A stretch of 64,000 nucleotides of DNA. It comes from Bacillus sp. (in: firmicutes). GTDB lineage: Bacteria > Bacillota > Bacilli > Bacillales > Bacillaceae_G. The stretch covers positions 100,049 to 164,048 of the forward strand of contig JBHGXS010000090.1 in assembly GCA_041920565.1 (NCBI GenBank). Direction: 5' to 3'. The notes beneath the pieces are model-generated. The model saw only the letters and a program-made list of their open reading frames with translations. It searched no databases and had not been told where the DNA came from. Of this stretch, positions 52,056 to 62,705 are shown one piece after another. The position numbers and the translations under genes were made by a program. Every line of letters begins with the position of its first letter. Within the stretch, counting starts at the first letter, position 1.

Positions 52056-53690
52056 ATGCAAACGACAGAAACAAAATGGCAAACGAAAGAAGGGCTGCTG
52101 CAGCTTTTGGAGCAGTTGGTAAGTTTTCAGAGCATAAGCGGTTCAACGGATGAGATTCGATTGGCGCATTTTATAGCAGACGAACTAAGTTCACTTTCCT
52201 ATTTTCACGAACATCCAGACCATGTACAGCTTCATCCGACAAAAGACGGCCGGTTTATCGTTACGGGGCTGGTAAAACGGAACGAACATGCAAAAACAGT
52301 GGTGCTGGTCAGTCATTTTGATGTTGTCAACGTCGATGATTATGGAAAATGGAAATCATTAGCCTTTCGTCCAAAAGAGTTGACGGAAGCTTTTTACAAC
52401 AATAAGCATATGCTCCCAAGCGAAGTGCAACGTGATCTTGCAAATGGAGAATGGTTGTTTGGAAGAGGAACGATGGATATGAAATGCGGTGTGGCATCTC
52501 AAATGTCCATGATTGAGAAGGCAGCTAACGGTGCGTTTGAAGGAAACGTCCTGCTGCTGGCAGTTTGCGATGAAGAAGTAAATTCTGTCGGGATGATTAC
52601 GGCTGTACCGGTGTTATTAGAGTTAGCAAAAAAGCACCAATTACAGTATACAGCATGTTTAAATTCTGAGCCGATGTTTGCCCGCTACCCGGGAGACGCG
52701 ACAAAATATATCTATACAGGATCCATCGGAAAAGTGCTTCCGGGCTTTTATTGTTACGGAAAAGAATCGCATGTAGGAGAGCCTCTTGCCGGTTTAAATG
52801 CTAATATGTTGACTTCTTTTCTGACATGTGAACTTGAGCTGAACACCGATTTTTGCGAAGTGATAGAAGAAGAAGTGTCACCCCCGCCCACAAGCTTGCA
52901 GCAAAAAGATTTAAAACAAGAATATTCAGTCCAAACTCCTCACTGTGCTGTAGTATTGTTCAATATGCTTATCATGGAGAAATCCATCGAAAAGATTGTG
53001 GCAGAGTTAAAAGAAGCAGCAAATCGTGCTGCAAAAAAGGCTGAGGACGCATATAATAAGCAAGCTGTCCGGTTTGCGGCCCTGCAGCAATCGGCTCCGA
53101 GCAAGCTGCAAGTGAAAGTGATGACGTTTGAAGAGCTGCAAGCGTATGCTGTTCAAATATATGGAGCAGAAGAACTGAAGAAAATCGAGATGGAAGTGTT
53201 GCGTACAAAAACAGATGAAGAAGACGAGCGTGATATCACGATTCGTCTCGTCGACCGATATGCTTCCCTTTGCAGCGAGTTAGCACCTATGATGATTTTG
53301 TTTTTTGCCCCTCCATACTATCCGGCAGTAAGTTCCCGTAATGATGCAAAAATAAGCCGGGTTACAGAAGAAATAATTGAGTACGCTTGGAATAAACACA
53401 GGATAGCTTTAAAGAAACAAATGTATTTTGGAGGTCTATCCGACTTAAGCTATACAGGGTTACAGCAACCTGTATCTTCTTTACAATTATTTATTTCCAA
53501 CACGCCTCTTTGGGAAAAAGGATATACGCTGCCGTTTGCCGAATTGCAGCAGCTGCAGCTGCCTGTATTAAATGTGGGCCCTGTCGGTAAAGATGCCCAT
53601 AAATGGACGGAACGATTAGATGTGGCCTATGCAATCGGACCGTTGCAGGATATGCTTCAATTTGCGATAGAGAGACTATTGCAGGAATAG
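52056..53690 (+). CDS. rocB: M20-family metallohydrolase (RocB-like)
   Basis: SHFDVV, GRGTMDMKCG, DEEVNS.G, DAHKWTERL. Confidence 0.75.
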   Translation: MQTTETKWQTKEGLLQLLEQLVSFQSISGSTDEIRLAHFIADELSSLSYFHEHPDHVQLHPTKDGRFIVTGLVKRNEHAKTVVLVSHFDVVNVDDYGKWKSLAFRPKELTEAFYNNKHMLPSEVQRDLANGEWLFGRGTMDMKCGVASQMSMIEKAANGAFEGNVLLLAVCDEEVNSVGMITAVPVLLELAKKHQLQYTACLNSEPMFARYPGDATKYIYTGSIGKVLPGFYCYGKESHVGEPLAGLNANMLTSFLTCELELNTDFCEVIEEEVSPPPTSLQQKDLKQEYSVQTPHCAVVLFNMLIMEKSIEKIVAELKEAANRAAKKAEDAYNKQAVRFAALQQSAPSKLQVKVMTFEELQAYAVQIYGAEELKKIEMEVLRTKTDEEDERDITIRLVDRYASLCSELAPMMILFFAPPYYPAVSSRNDAKISRVTEEIIEYAWNKHRIALKKQMYFGGLSDLSYTGLQQPVSSLQLFISNTPLWEKGYTLPFAELQQLQLPVLNVGPVGKDAHKWTERLDVAYAIGPLQDMLQFAIERLLQE

Positions 53691-53767
53691 GGGAAAACAG
53701 CTTGTTGTCATGTGCAACAAGCTGTTTTTATTTTTATCACCTTCCTGATATTTACAGCATAAAAATA

Positions 53768-53795
53768 TTAGTGTATTATTTAACTAATACACTAA
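53768..53795. promoter_or_regulatory. YtrA-type GntR operator
   Basis: Perfect 11-bp IR ttagtgtatta-N6-taatacactaa just upstream of the GntR gene. Confidence 0.75.
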
Positions 53796-53813
53796 GATAT
53801 AAGGAGGGAGGGT

Positions 53814-54188
53814 ATGAAGCTTGAATTCGATCCAAACATACCTATCTACATTCAGATTATGAATTATATAAAGAAGCAAATTGTATCCGGGGAATTAAAG
53901 CAAGGGGATAAAATTCCATCTGTTCGAGAATTTGCTGCCGGGTTGCAAATAAATCCAAACACTGTACAGCGGACGTTTCAAGAGCTTGAGCGGGAAGGAA
54001 TTGTAGAAACAAAAAGGGGAATGGGACGATATGTTACGAACGAAAGGGAGAAGGTCATGGAGATCAAACGGGAAATGTCTAAAGATTTGCTCGAAACGTT
54101 TCTGGAGGGAATGAACGCTTTAGGATTCAGCAGCGAGGAAATCGTTTCGTTAGTACGTCGTTCGTTGGAAGAAAAGGGGGATGAGTAA
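53814..54188 (+). CDS. GntR (YtrA subfamily) regulator
   Basis: PIYIQI, PSVRE, INPNTVQR, RGMG. Confidence 0.92.
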   Translation: MKLEFDPNIPIYIQIMNYIKKQIVSGELKQGDKIPSVREFAAGLQINPNTVQRTFQELEREGIVETKRGMGRYVTNEREKVMEIKREMSKDLLETFLEGMNALGFSSEEIVSLVRRSLEEKGDE

Positions 54189-54886
54189 TGATGGATCTTT
54201 TAACCATGGGCGGTGTCAGCAAACGATATGGAACAAAAACAGCGCTGCAAAACATAAACCTAAAGGTCGCAAACGGAAAAATCATCGGCTTGGTTGGAAG
54301 CAACGGAAGCGGAAAAACAACACTGTTAAAGCTGATTGCCGGATTGCTTCACCCTACGGAAGGGAGCATTCGAATTGAAGGTAAAGAAGTCGGAACTTTT
54401 ACAAAACAATGGGTTTCGTTTATGCCGGATGAACCGTATTTGAACAAATGGATGAAAGTGTCGGATGCCGTGGCGTTTTATCAGAATTTCTTTTCAGACT
54501 TTGATAACGAAAAAGCAGTTGAGATTTTAGATTTTTTAGGGATAGAACAACAAGATAAAGTAGCCTCCATGTCAAAAGGAGCAATAGAAAAACTGCAGTT
54601 GGCGCTCACGTTGTCCCGGAAAGTTAAGCTGTATTTATTGGATGAACCGCTCGGGGGGATTGACCCGGTGGCAAGAGAAAAAATCTTGGATGCGATTATT
54701 CAATTTTACGATGAAGACAGTACAACGATCTTATCTACCCATCTCATTCGCGATGTAGAAAGAATTTTTGATGAAGTGATTTTTCTTAAAGACGGAGAAT
54801 GTATTTTGCATGAGGACGCAGAAGCGCTTCGTTTTCAAAAAGGAAAAGCGGTGGATGAATTATTCAAGGAGGTGTATGGAGAATGA
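54188..54886 (+). CDS. ABC transporter ATP-binding protein
   Basis: GSNGSGKT, MSKG, LLDEP. Confidence 0.92.
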   Translation: MMDLLTMGGVSKRYGTKTALQNINLKVANGKIIGLVGSNGSGKTTLLKLIAGLLHPTEGSIRIEGKEVGTFTKQWVSFMPDEPYLNKWMKVSDAVAFYQNFFSDFDNEKAVEILDFLGIEQQDKVASMSKGAIEKLQLALTLSRKVKLYLLDEPLGGIDPVAREKILDAIIQFYDEDSTTILSTHLIRDVERIFDEVIFLKDGECILHEDAEALRFQKGKAVDELFKEVYGE

Positions 54887-55668
54887 AGCGCCTAATTCAA
54901 TATCAATTGAAGAACAGCAGCAAAGAAATCATCGGCATCTTCCTTGTCTTTCTCATCATTGAAGCGCTTCTCTTGTTAAATTTACAAACATTTTATGTAT
55001 TGCCAATGTCTGAAAGTGCACAAGAAGTGATGAGTTTTGTCATTGCAGTTATGGCGTTCGGAATTACGATGCTGCTGTTGTTCATCCAAGTGATTATTTC
55101 GTTTTACCGGCTGCTGCAAAGCTATTTAGTACGCATGACACCGATGAAGGGAATCTATTATATACTCTCAACTTTGATCGTATGGTTTATACTTGCTGCC
55201 ACCATGATTTTGTTCGGTTTACTCCTCCTTCATTTATATGGCGGTACCATTGAAAGCGAACAAGAGCTTGCCGTGGGCATTCAAAAGATTATCAGTATTA
55301 ACGCAGGCACATTAACAACAATGCTGATTACAGGAGCAATTGACAGCAGCTTCAATGTTGCATTGCTTTCTTTTATCATAACGATTGTACTATCGCTTGG
55401 AATCAGCAAAAAGATACAAGGAATCATCGGAGTCATCAGTTATTTCATCTTAGGCGGAATGGTAAGTTGGATTATTACTAAATTAACCGATTTACCATAT
55501 AAGTTTACCTTATTTAATGGATTTCAAATATCACAATCCGAAACGAAGCTGGAGTTTACAATGAAGCCGTTTGAAGTCAGTATGTTTGCTTACGGATTTA
55601 CTTTTGTGCTGACTTTTATTTTGATATATACCGCCGCATATTTCATTGATAGAAAAACAGAGTTGTAA
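54883..55668 (+). CDS. ABC-2 type permease
   Basis: Six hydrophobic segments, coupled to the ATPase gene. Confidence 0.75.
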   Translation: MKRLIQYQLKNSSKEIIGIFLVFLIIEALLLLNLQTFYVLPMSESAQEVMSFVIAVMAFGITMLLLFIQVIISFYRLLQSYLVRMTPMKGIYYILSTLIVWFILAATMILFGLLLLHLYGGTIESEQELAVGIQKIISINAGTLTTMLITGAIDSSFNVALLSFIITIVLSLGISKKIQGIIGVISYFILGGMVSWIITKLTDLPYKFTLFNGFQISQSETKLEFTMKPFEVSMFAYGFTFVLTFILIYTAAYFIDRKTEL

Positions 55669-55681
55669 GGGGGAAAAGAGT

Positions 55682-56584
55682 ATGGGAGAACCAATCGTTT
55701 CACTGCAGCATGTGTATAAAACAATTGGGAAAAAAGAGATTATTCGCGATCTGTCATTTGAAATTTTTCCAGGAGAGGTATACGGGTTTTTAGGACCGAA
55801 CGGAAGCGGAAAAACAACGACGATTCGCATGATGACAGGACTTATTTCCATCACATCCGGCAGTATTACGATAGGAGGGTATAATGTAGCGACGGAGCGT
55901 GAAAAAGCGCTAGCGCACATCGGGGCCATTGTCGAAAATCCGGAGCTGTATACTTATATGACAGGGATGCAGAATTTAAAACATTTTGCGAACATGGCAC
56001 GCAAAGAAGTGACAAAAGAGAGAATAGAACAAGTCATAAGACTGGTAGAGTTGGAGCATGCCATTCATAAAAAGGTAAAGACGTATTCCCTTGGCATGAA
56101 GCAGCGTCTTGGTATTGCGCAAGCTCTTCTTCATGAACCCGATGTGCTTATATTGGATGAACCAACAAATGGATTGGATCCTGCCGGCATTCGCAAGCTT
56201 CGTGATTATCTGCAATATTTAGCGAAGTAAGAAAATATTGCGGTCCTGGTATCAAGCCATTTACTAAGTGAAGTGGAGCTGATGTGTGATCGCGTCGTCA
56301 TTATTCAAAATGGTCAGTTTGTGCGGGAATACAGTTTGAGAACGGAGAGCACAAATGACGAAATGGTGACGATCCAACTGGAAGTCAATGATATTGAATA
56401 TGCACTGGAGCATGTGAAAGGAAAAGTAATCAAAGAAAAAATTGAAGTGGAGATTATCAAAGAAGAAATTCCGGATATAGTAGAAAAGCTTGTAACAGCA
56501 GGAGTACGGGTGTATCAAGTGACAATTAAGAGCAAGTCGTTGGAAGAAGAATTCTTGGCATTAACGGAAGGGGCTGCAGTCTAA
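55682..56584 (+). pseudogene. BcrA-like ABC ATPase with nonsense codon
   Basis: GPNGSGKT, YSLGMKQR, DEP; TAA at 56228-56230, then in-frame ENIAVLVSSHLLSEVELMCDRV. Confidence 0.85.
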
Positions 56585-57353
56585 TGTTTATCAAACTGAT
56601 GGGGAACGAATGTTTAAAGCTGCATGCAAAGAAACAGGTATATTTTTTTGCCCTGTTTTTATTATCTATCTCCAGCTTTGTCCTTTTGGTAGCAAAAAAA
56701 TGGCTTCCAAAAGAGATGGGGATTGATACCTCTCTTGAATTTGCAAAACTGAATTTTGACAGTACCGTAACATTTTTGACGATTTGCGGAATTGTTTTGG
56801 GAGCAAAAATAGTAACAGAGGAGTTTCAAACAGGAACCATTAAACAATTATTGATTCGTCCGCAAAAACGCATTGTTATATTGCTTTCAAAATATGCAGC
56901 AGTCCTTTTAACGGTCTTTGCATTAAGTTTGGTATCACTCTTTCTTTACTGTTCGGAGTAATCGGCTTTGAAAATGGTAAAAGTGACATCACATTCTTTC
57001 TTTTTGTAAAAGGAGCGGCATATTATCTTCCAACGATGCTGTTTTATGCTACCTTTGCCTTTTTTGTAGCTGCACTGCTGTGCAGTTCTGTGTTGGCGCT
57101 TGCGGTCCCGATTTTGACGTATTTGTCCGAAGCATTGCTGAACATGCTGCTTAGCCGGTATGAGTGGGGAAAATACTTCATTACAACCAACTTGAATTTA
57201 GCAATGTACGATGGAAGTAAAGTGTTAAACAAAGGAATGAAGCCACTGTTTGAAAAGACGACCTTGCTTTTTTCGGGTGCTGTTATTTTATTGTACATCC
57301 TTGTATTCATGGTGGTTTCAAGTGCAATGTTTCAAAAGCGTGATATTTTATAA
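56584..57353 (+). pseudogene. ABC permease, frameshifted near 56940
   Basis: EEFQTGTIKQLLIRP...KY in the first ORF; second frame open from ~56943 to FQKRDIL. Confidence 0.8.
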
Positions 57354-57461
57354 AAGCTGCGATTGCTATCGCAGTTTTTTTGTTATAATTAGCTTGAACA
57401 TACCTTATTTCGGGGAGTTGGGAAATTGAAAATTCATAGGCTTAGCAAAGGGAAAGATGTA

Positions 57462-57698
57462 ATGCTGACGCAATCGCTTTATGAATGGACGCTTGTTTAC
57501 TCTGACAACTTACAATGCTGGTCAGGTGATAACAGCTATTTACTTTTAGATGAAGACAGAGACGTCGCACTGATCCTTACTTATAAGGATGGAGAGTTAT
57601 TTGTAGAGAAGGTGGCTGAATGGAATAGCTCTTTATCCTTTAACTTGAACCAAAAAACGGTAACGTATATTCGCTATCGGGAGGAAGAGGAAGAATAA
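57462..57698 (+). CDS. Hypothetical protein
   Basis: ORF with weak SD and downstream terminator. Confidence 0.5.
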   Translation: MLTQSLYEWTLVYSDNLQCWSGDNSYLLLDEDRDVALILTYKDGELFVEKVAEWNSSLSFNLNQKTVTYIRYREEEEE

Positions 57699-57974
57699 AA
57701 AAAGAGCGTCTGCCCAAGACGCTCTTATATTTTAATCGGCGTTTACATTTTTGTTTTCAGACTTATTATTGCAGCGGTCTGCATTTCCTGATGTCAGAAT
57801 GCTATCTGTATAAAATACAGGATCAAGTCCTTGTTTTTTATTTCATATAATCCTTCAAAGCTGCAAATGCAAATCTAATTTCAAAAAAAATGGCATATAC
57901 ATAGAATGCTTGATGATGTTCAAAAAACACAAGCGTACATCTGAAAAATCTAGTACAATGAAACTAGTGTCATC

Positions 57975-59039
57975 ATGGAGGTGTTCATTATTCAAGCCGC
58001 ATTTTCAAAGATTCGACTTTGCAGCTTTTTTGGATGGATGTTCTTGGGAATAATTGTTGTATATGTCATTCCGATGATGTTTCTTACCGATAAGCAATCA
58101 GAATCAGGCATCTTTACCGTTATTTCAGACTCTCTTATGTTTCTTGCCTTTCCTTTGCTTTGGCTTTATTATAAATCACGCAAAAACAATGTGAAGTTTC
58201 AAAGCTATTATGTTAAACCAAGCAAGTTTGATTGGAAACTTGTTACTATTGCAACTGTAATGGGAATGGTATTTTCATTTGGCGTGTCCACTGTAGAATT
58301 TTATTTACTGTCATTTATTGCTCCTGATTTTATACTTGATACACTAAATGAGTTAGATGTCATTGACCACAGTACTGTATGGATGACTTTGTTTACCATT
58401 ATATCAGCTTCTTTGTATGCGCCTATAATGGAAGAAACTGTTTTTCGCGGATTTTTCTTAAATCGCATGGGTTATAAATGGGGTGTTAAGCGCGCTATCA
58501 TTGTATCTTCCGTGCTGTTTGGATTCGGTCATGCAGATGTAATCGGAGCCGCCGTATTTGGGATATTGATGTGCTTGCTGTATATCAAAACGAGAAGTCT
58601 GTTAGTACCGATGGCTGTCCATGCTTTAAATAATTTGAGCTTAAGCCTATTTGACGCTGCGTCACGTTCCATTGGAGGAGAGCCTGCGCCGACGAAGCTT
58701 GCCGATCTGCAGTCACCGACAGAACTGGGGATTGGAATTGTGCTTACTATTATTGGGCTGCTGTGGATTGGACCATTTATCTATAAAAATTGGAAAACAG
58801 TTGAAGAAAAAGGATTGCCTCCATTAGAAAGCATTTCGCAAATAGAAGAAACGGAAGAAAAAGAACAAATGCACAGTCAAGTATTGATGACCCATCATTT
58901 TATGGCAATCGAATTGCCGGATGAAATCGCAAATCAATTAAAGCTCGAAGAGAAAGATTTCGTCGCGTTAGAAATGGATGGGGATAAACTGATTGTTACG
59001 AAAGCTGCAAAAGAGGATGTTCATCCGAAAATATCATAA
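57975..59039 (+). CDS. CPBP (Abi/CAAX-II) intramembrane protease with C-terminal AbrB/MazE-like domain
   Basis: EETVFRG, FGFGH, HALNN; tail IELPDEIANQLKLEEKDFVALEMDGDKLIVTK. Confidence 0.85.
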   Translation: MEVFIIQAAFSKIRLCSFFGWMFLGIIVVYVIPMMFLTDKQSESGIFTVISDSLMFLAFPLLWLYYKSRKNNVKFQSYYVKPSKFDWKLVTIATVMGMVFSFGVSTVEFYLLSFIAPDFILDTLNELDVIDHSTVWMTLFTIISASLYAPIMEETVFRGFFLNRMGYKWGVKRAIIVSSVLFGFGHADVIGAAVFGILMCLLYIKTRSLLVPMAVHALNNLSLSLFDAASRSIGGEPAPTKLADLQSPTELGIGIVLTIIGLLWIGPFIYKNWKTVEEKGLPPLESISQIEETEEKEQMHSQVLMTHHFMAIELPDEIANQLKLEEKDFVALEMDGDKLIVTKAAKEDVHPKIS

Positions 59040-59108
59040 AGTATAAAAAAGCTCTTACGGTTGCTGTAAGAGCTTTTCATATAAGGGGGATTGCAGGTGA
59101 AATACATA

Positions 59109-59579
59109 ATGAAACCAATGACTAGACAAGAAGCAGAGAGTATCTCTGCATGGCAGTATCCGAAGCCGTACGATTTATATAATATGGACGGCAGTGAAGA
59201 AGGGATTCAAGAACTATTAGAAGAGCAGTATTATACTGTGTGGAATGAAGAGGAGCAGCTCATCGGCTTTTTTTGTTTAGGAAGTGCGGCGCAAGTACCG
59301 ATTGGAAGGACGCTAGGAGTATATCCGCATGAAGAGGGCATTATAGATGTCGGCTTGGGCATGAAGCCTGAAATGACCGGAAAGGGAGCTGGAGCGGAAT
59401 TCTTTTCTTCTATTTTGGATTATGTAAAGCAACAGTATGAGGTACAGCAATTTCGTTTAACGGTAGCATCTTTTAACGAACGTGCCAGAAAAGTATACGA
59501 AAGAATTGGCTTTACTCAGCAGGATAGGTTTATAAGGGGAGATTTGTCATTCATCACAATGATGAAAAATGTGAGATAA
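59109..59579 (+). CDS. GNAT acetyltransferase
   Basis: GLGMKPEMTGKGAG, FNERA.KVY.R.GF. Confidence 0.85.
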   Translation: MKPMTRQEAESISAWQYPKPYDLYNMDGSEEGIQELLEEQYYTVWNEEEQLIGFFCLGSAAQVPIGRTLGVYPHEEGIIDVGLGMKPEMTGKGAGAEFFSSILDYVKQQYEVQQFRLTVASFNERARKVYERIGFTQQDRFIRGDLSFITMMKNVR

Positions 59580-59607
59580 GTAAAAAGATGAAGATTGCTC
59601 ATCTTTT

Positions 59608-60150
59608 TTACTTATATTCTTCTCGCAGCAATCCCATAATGATAGTGTCATAGTAAGTTCCGTTTACAAACTCGTTTTTTCGCAAACAGCCTTCCACTTG
59701 AAATCCGTTTTTTTGGTACGATTTAATGGCTCTTATATTTCCGCTCCATGTATCAAGGGTAATTCGTTCCAAATTAAGGGTATAAAATAAGTAATGAATG
59801 AGAATTCGAACCGCATCTGTACCATAGCCTTTCCCCCAATACTCTTTTTCTCCGATGGTAAGCCCTATTTTTGCGCTTCTGACACGCGGATCTACTTCTC
59901 TATAGTCTGCCATTCCGATATGATATCCATCTAAAGTGTAGATGGAAAACAAGTCGTATTCTTTTTTACGGCTAGGTGCTTCTACATTTAAGCTGAAATC
60001 CCGATTTAATTGTTCAAAGGAAGCATTGGTAAACCACGGAGCACTTCCTGTAGCCCAGTAAGCCACTTCCGGATCGTTTCTCCATCTGTAAACGTTTTCT
60101 AAATCGCTTCTGGATTCCGGCCGAAGCTCCACGAGTGTTCCTCTTAACAA
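59608..60150 (-). CDS. GNAT (RimJ/RimL-type) acetyltransferase
   Basis: YWGKGYGTDA, GNIRAIKSY.KNGF. Confidence 0.9.
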   Translation of the reverse strand: MLRGTLVELRPESRSDLENVYRWRNDPEVAYWATGSAPWFTNASFEQLNRDFSLNVEAPSRKKEYDLFSIYTLDGYHIGMADYREVDPRVRSAKIGLTIGEKEYWGKGYGTDAVRILIHYLFYTLNLERITLDTWSGNIRAIKSYQKNGFQVEGCLRKNEFVNGTYYDTIIMGLLREEYK

Positions 60151-60318
60151 TGATAATTCTCCTCTCAGTTTACGTTTAATTGATGTTTGTCATGTTTTGC
60201 AAATTCCCGATTACATAATGTCCTTTCTTCTTATCATACCACGCTTTAACGACAAGAATAGATAGTAAATTGCAAACAAAAAGCTAATGAGTGTTCCCTC
60301 ATTAGCTCATATGAAAAG

Positions 60319-60501
60319 CTATCGAATAACAACTTCCACCTTAAAGTTTCCGCCGTTTTTTACATACTTCACATCGGTTACTGTACGAGTTTCATTAATG
60401 ATTTCCACTTTTTCGCCGATACGCGGAATTGCTGGAACATTATCCCAAATACCAAGCAAATCGCCGTCTTTGTTATCCTTCTCATAAAACCATACTTTCA
60501 T
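60319..60501 (-). CDS. Small conserved hypothetical protein (DUF3913-like)
   Basis: MKVWFYEK...LLGIWDNVPAIPRIGEKVEI; SD AAAGGGG. Confidence 0.7.
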   Translation of the reverse strand: MKVWFYEKDNKDGDLLGIWDNVPAIPRIGEKVEIINETRTVTDVKYVKNGGNFKVEVVIR

Positions 60502-60972
60502 GTCCGTGCCCCTTTCATAAACCACTTATACATTTTTATTCATAATATAACATATTTATTCTAATTTGGGTATATTCTAATTATTTTTATTTTTTGAAAG
60601 TGAATAAAGATAAATCTGCAGACCGATATATGTTTTTATGCTTTCAAATTCGTCTTTTTTCATATTAATTAAAAAGAGATAGTTGATTGTAATTTTCCAG
60701 GAGATAAAAGCAAAGGGGCATGTTTGATTAAAATAAAATTAACTAAAGATCCGGAAGCTGACTTCTTTACCATGCAAGAGCTTTATTCCGATTTCCGAAG
60801 ATTTGTCAGTTGATACAAGAGAAACGAATCACTTAGCATTGCGGTCGTTATAGAAGCGTATTGGGAGATGGGGAGTCCATATTGCAATAAATTTCCTGTC
60901 AAAATAGGTAGAAAAATGTAAGAATATTTTGTATAATTTAAACATACTACTATAATGTGAGGACTGAAGAAC

Positions 60973-61389
60973 ATGAACAATGCAGACATCCCAGTATTAA
61001 ATAAAGTTGAAAGTCTCTTACTGTCAGCGAAAGATAAGCCGGAAAAACGACGAGAATTTTATGAAGCCCTTTTACAATCACGCGTATTTGTATTTGGTGA
61101 AATTATTACAAATCAAGAAACAAATGAGACAAAATTAAATCTGCGTTATTTCCAAGGAAACGGACACTGGATCTTGCCGATGTTTTCCCAATTGCATCAT
61201 GTGCAAGAAAATATGGTACAAGATATGCCGATTTTGCCAATCATTGTGTCCGAGCTGTTTAAAGTTGTGGATCCGGAAGCAACGGTTGTTTTAAATCCAG
61301 GAACGGAAGTAGACAAAACGTTTTTTCCTGAAGAAGTAAAAGATATTGTATCCGAAAAGATTTTCACTTATTTTCCCAAAAATAAGTAA
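60973..61389 (+). CDS. SseB-family protein
   Basis: FYEALL.S.V, LPMFS, VVLNPG....F...EV. Confidence 0.7.
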   Translation: MNNADIPVLNKVESLLLSAKDKPEKRREFYEALLQSRVFVFGEIITNQETNETKLNLRYFQGNGHWILPMFSQLHHVQENMVQDMPILPIIVSELFKVVDPEATVVLNPGTEVDKTFFPEEVKDIVSEKIFTYFPKNK

Positions 61390-61502
61390 AGAGCAAAAGC
61401 AGAGAGGAGAACGCCTCTCTGCTTTTTTTTTCTAAATTATGAACCAATCACGCAATCGATAATATATTGTTAGTAGCTTGACCGAGAAAGGAACTGAGGA
61501 CC

Positions 61503-61637
61503 ATGGCGAAAAACAAGAATTCCAAGAATAAAGCGGCTTCTAACAAGAATACAAACAATAAAAATACGAACAAAAACAATAAGGGAACAAACAAAGCAAA
61601 CACACAGAAAACAAATAACAAAGGAAAGAAAAATTAA
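61503..61637 (+). CDS. 44-aa Asn/Lys-rich low-complexity peptide
   Basis: SD AAAGGA/GAGG; MAKNKNSKNKAASNKNTNNKNTNKNNKGTNKANTQKTNNKGKKN*; terminator follows. Confidence 0.55.
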   Translation: MAKNKNSKNKAASNKNTNNKNTNKNNKGTNKANTQKTNNKGKKN

Positions 61638-61661
61638 CAAGGAACGATCGGTTCCTTGTTT

Positions 61662-62579
61662 TTATTTCACACCCGGTTCAAAAACCAAAGCCTGATCAAG
61701 CCCATCCATTGTTACAAGGGCTCCCAGAGGAATTCCGTGATTAGGCTTACAGTGTCCGATTGGAAAGCCGCTTAAAATCGGCATTCCATATGGGACGATA
61801 TGATCGTACACTACTTCAGATATAGTCAATGATTCTTTTCGATTATTGGGGAGGCAATTGTGAAAATCCCCGAGAACAATTCCAAGACAGCCATCAAATT
61901 TACCGGCCAGCCGAAGCTGATTCAGCATGCGATCAATACGATACGGTTCCTCATCTACATCTTCTATAAATAAAATTTTGTCGGTTGTGTCAATTTCGTA
62001 GGGAGTTCCAAGCGTACTTGTTAAAATTGTTAGATTGCCGCCTACAAGCGGAGCGGTAACCGAATGAGAAAAGGAAGGATATATGTTTGGATAAATGGCG
62101 GAGAATATAAGAGCAGTGGGTTGAAAGAGCTGCTGAAATGAACTTATCGTCAATTCATCCAGTTCAGCGCCGCCTAATTCTTGCACCATAGGACCATGAA
62201 AGGTGATGAAATTTGCTTCCTGTAAGATTGCGATATGAAGTGCCGTAATATCACTATATCCCCAAAAGATTTTCGGATTTAACCGAATGAGATCAAAATC
62301 CAATAATGGAAGAAGACGTCCGCTTCCATAACCTCCCCTTGCGCAAATGACAGCTTTTACATTCTTGTTGGCAAAAGCTTCATGGAGATCTCGTGCCCGT
62401 ACCGCATTGCTCCCGGCCAAATAGGCCCGTTTTTCAAAAACGGATTGCCCGATTATAACATTCAGTCCTAACTGTTCGAGTTTTGCTTTCCCTTGCATTA
62501 CTTGTTCGATGTTGACTGCGCTCGCGGGAGCAACAATCATGACCGTATCTCCGGACTGTAAAGTCTCCGGTTTTCTCAT
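61662..62579 (-). CDS. LD-carboxypeptidase (S66)
   Basis: RGGYG, GYSDIT, EDV.E, PIGH. Confidence 0.92.
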   Translation of the reverse strand: MRKPETLQSGDTVMIVAPASAVNIEQVMQGKAKLEQLGLNVIIGQSVFEKRAYLAGSNAVRARDLHEAFANKNVKAVICARGGYGSGRLLPLLDFDLIRLNPKIFWGYSDITALHIAILQEANFITFHGPMVQELGGAELDELTISSFQQLFQPTALIFSAIYPNIYPSFSHSVTAPLVGGNLTILTSTLGTPYEIDTTDKILFIEDVDEEPYRIDRMLNQLRLAGKFDGCLGIVLGDFHNCLPNNRKESLTISEVVYDHIVPYGMPILSGFPIGHCKPNHGIPLGALVTMDGLDQALVFEPGVK

Positions 62580-62705
62580 ACAGATTCCCTCCTTATGTAC
62601 GACATATATATTCTTCAAGGTCTTGTTGAATCCCATATTTCGTATAGAAATTATGAATATATAAATAAAGAACATGAGTTGTTAAAGAAAAGGAAGTGAA
62701 ATAAC

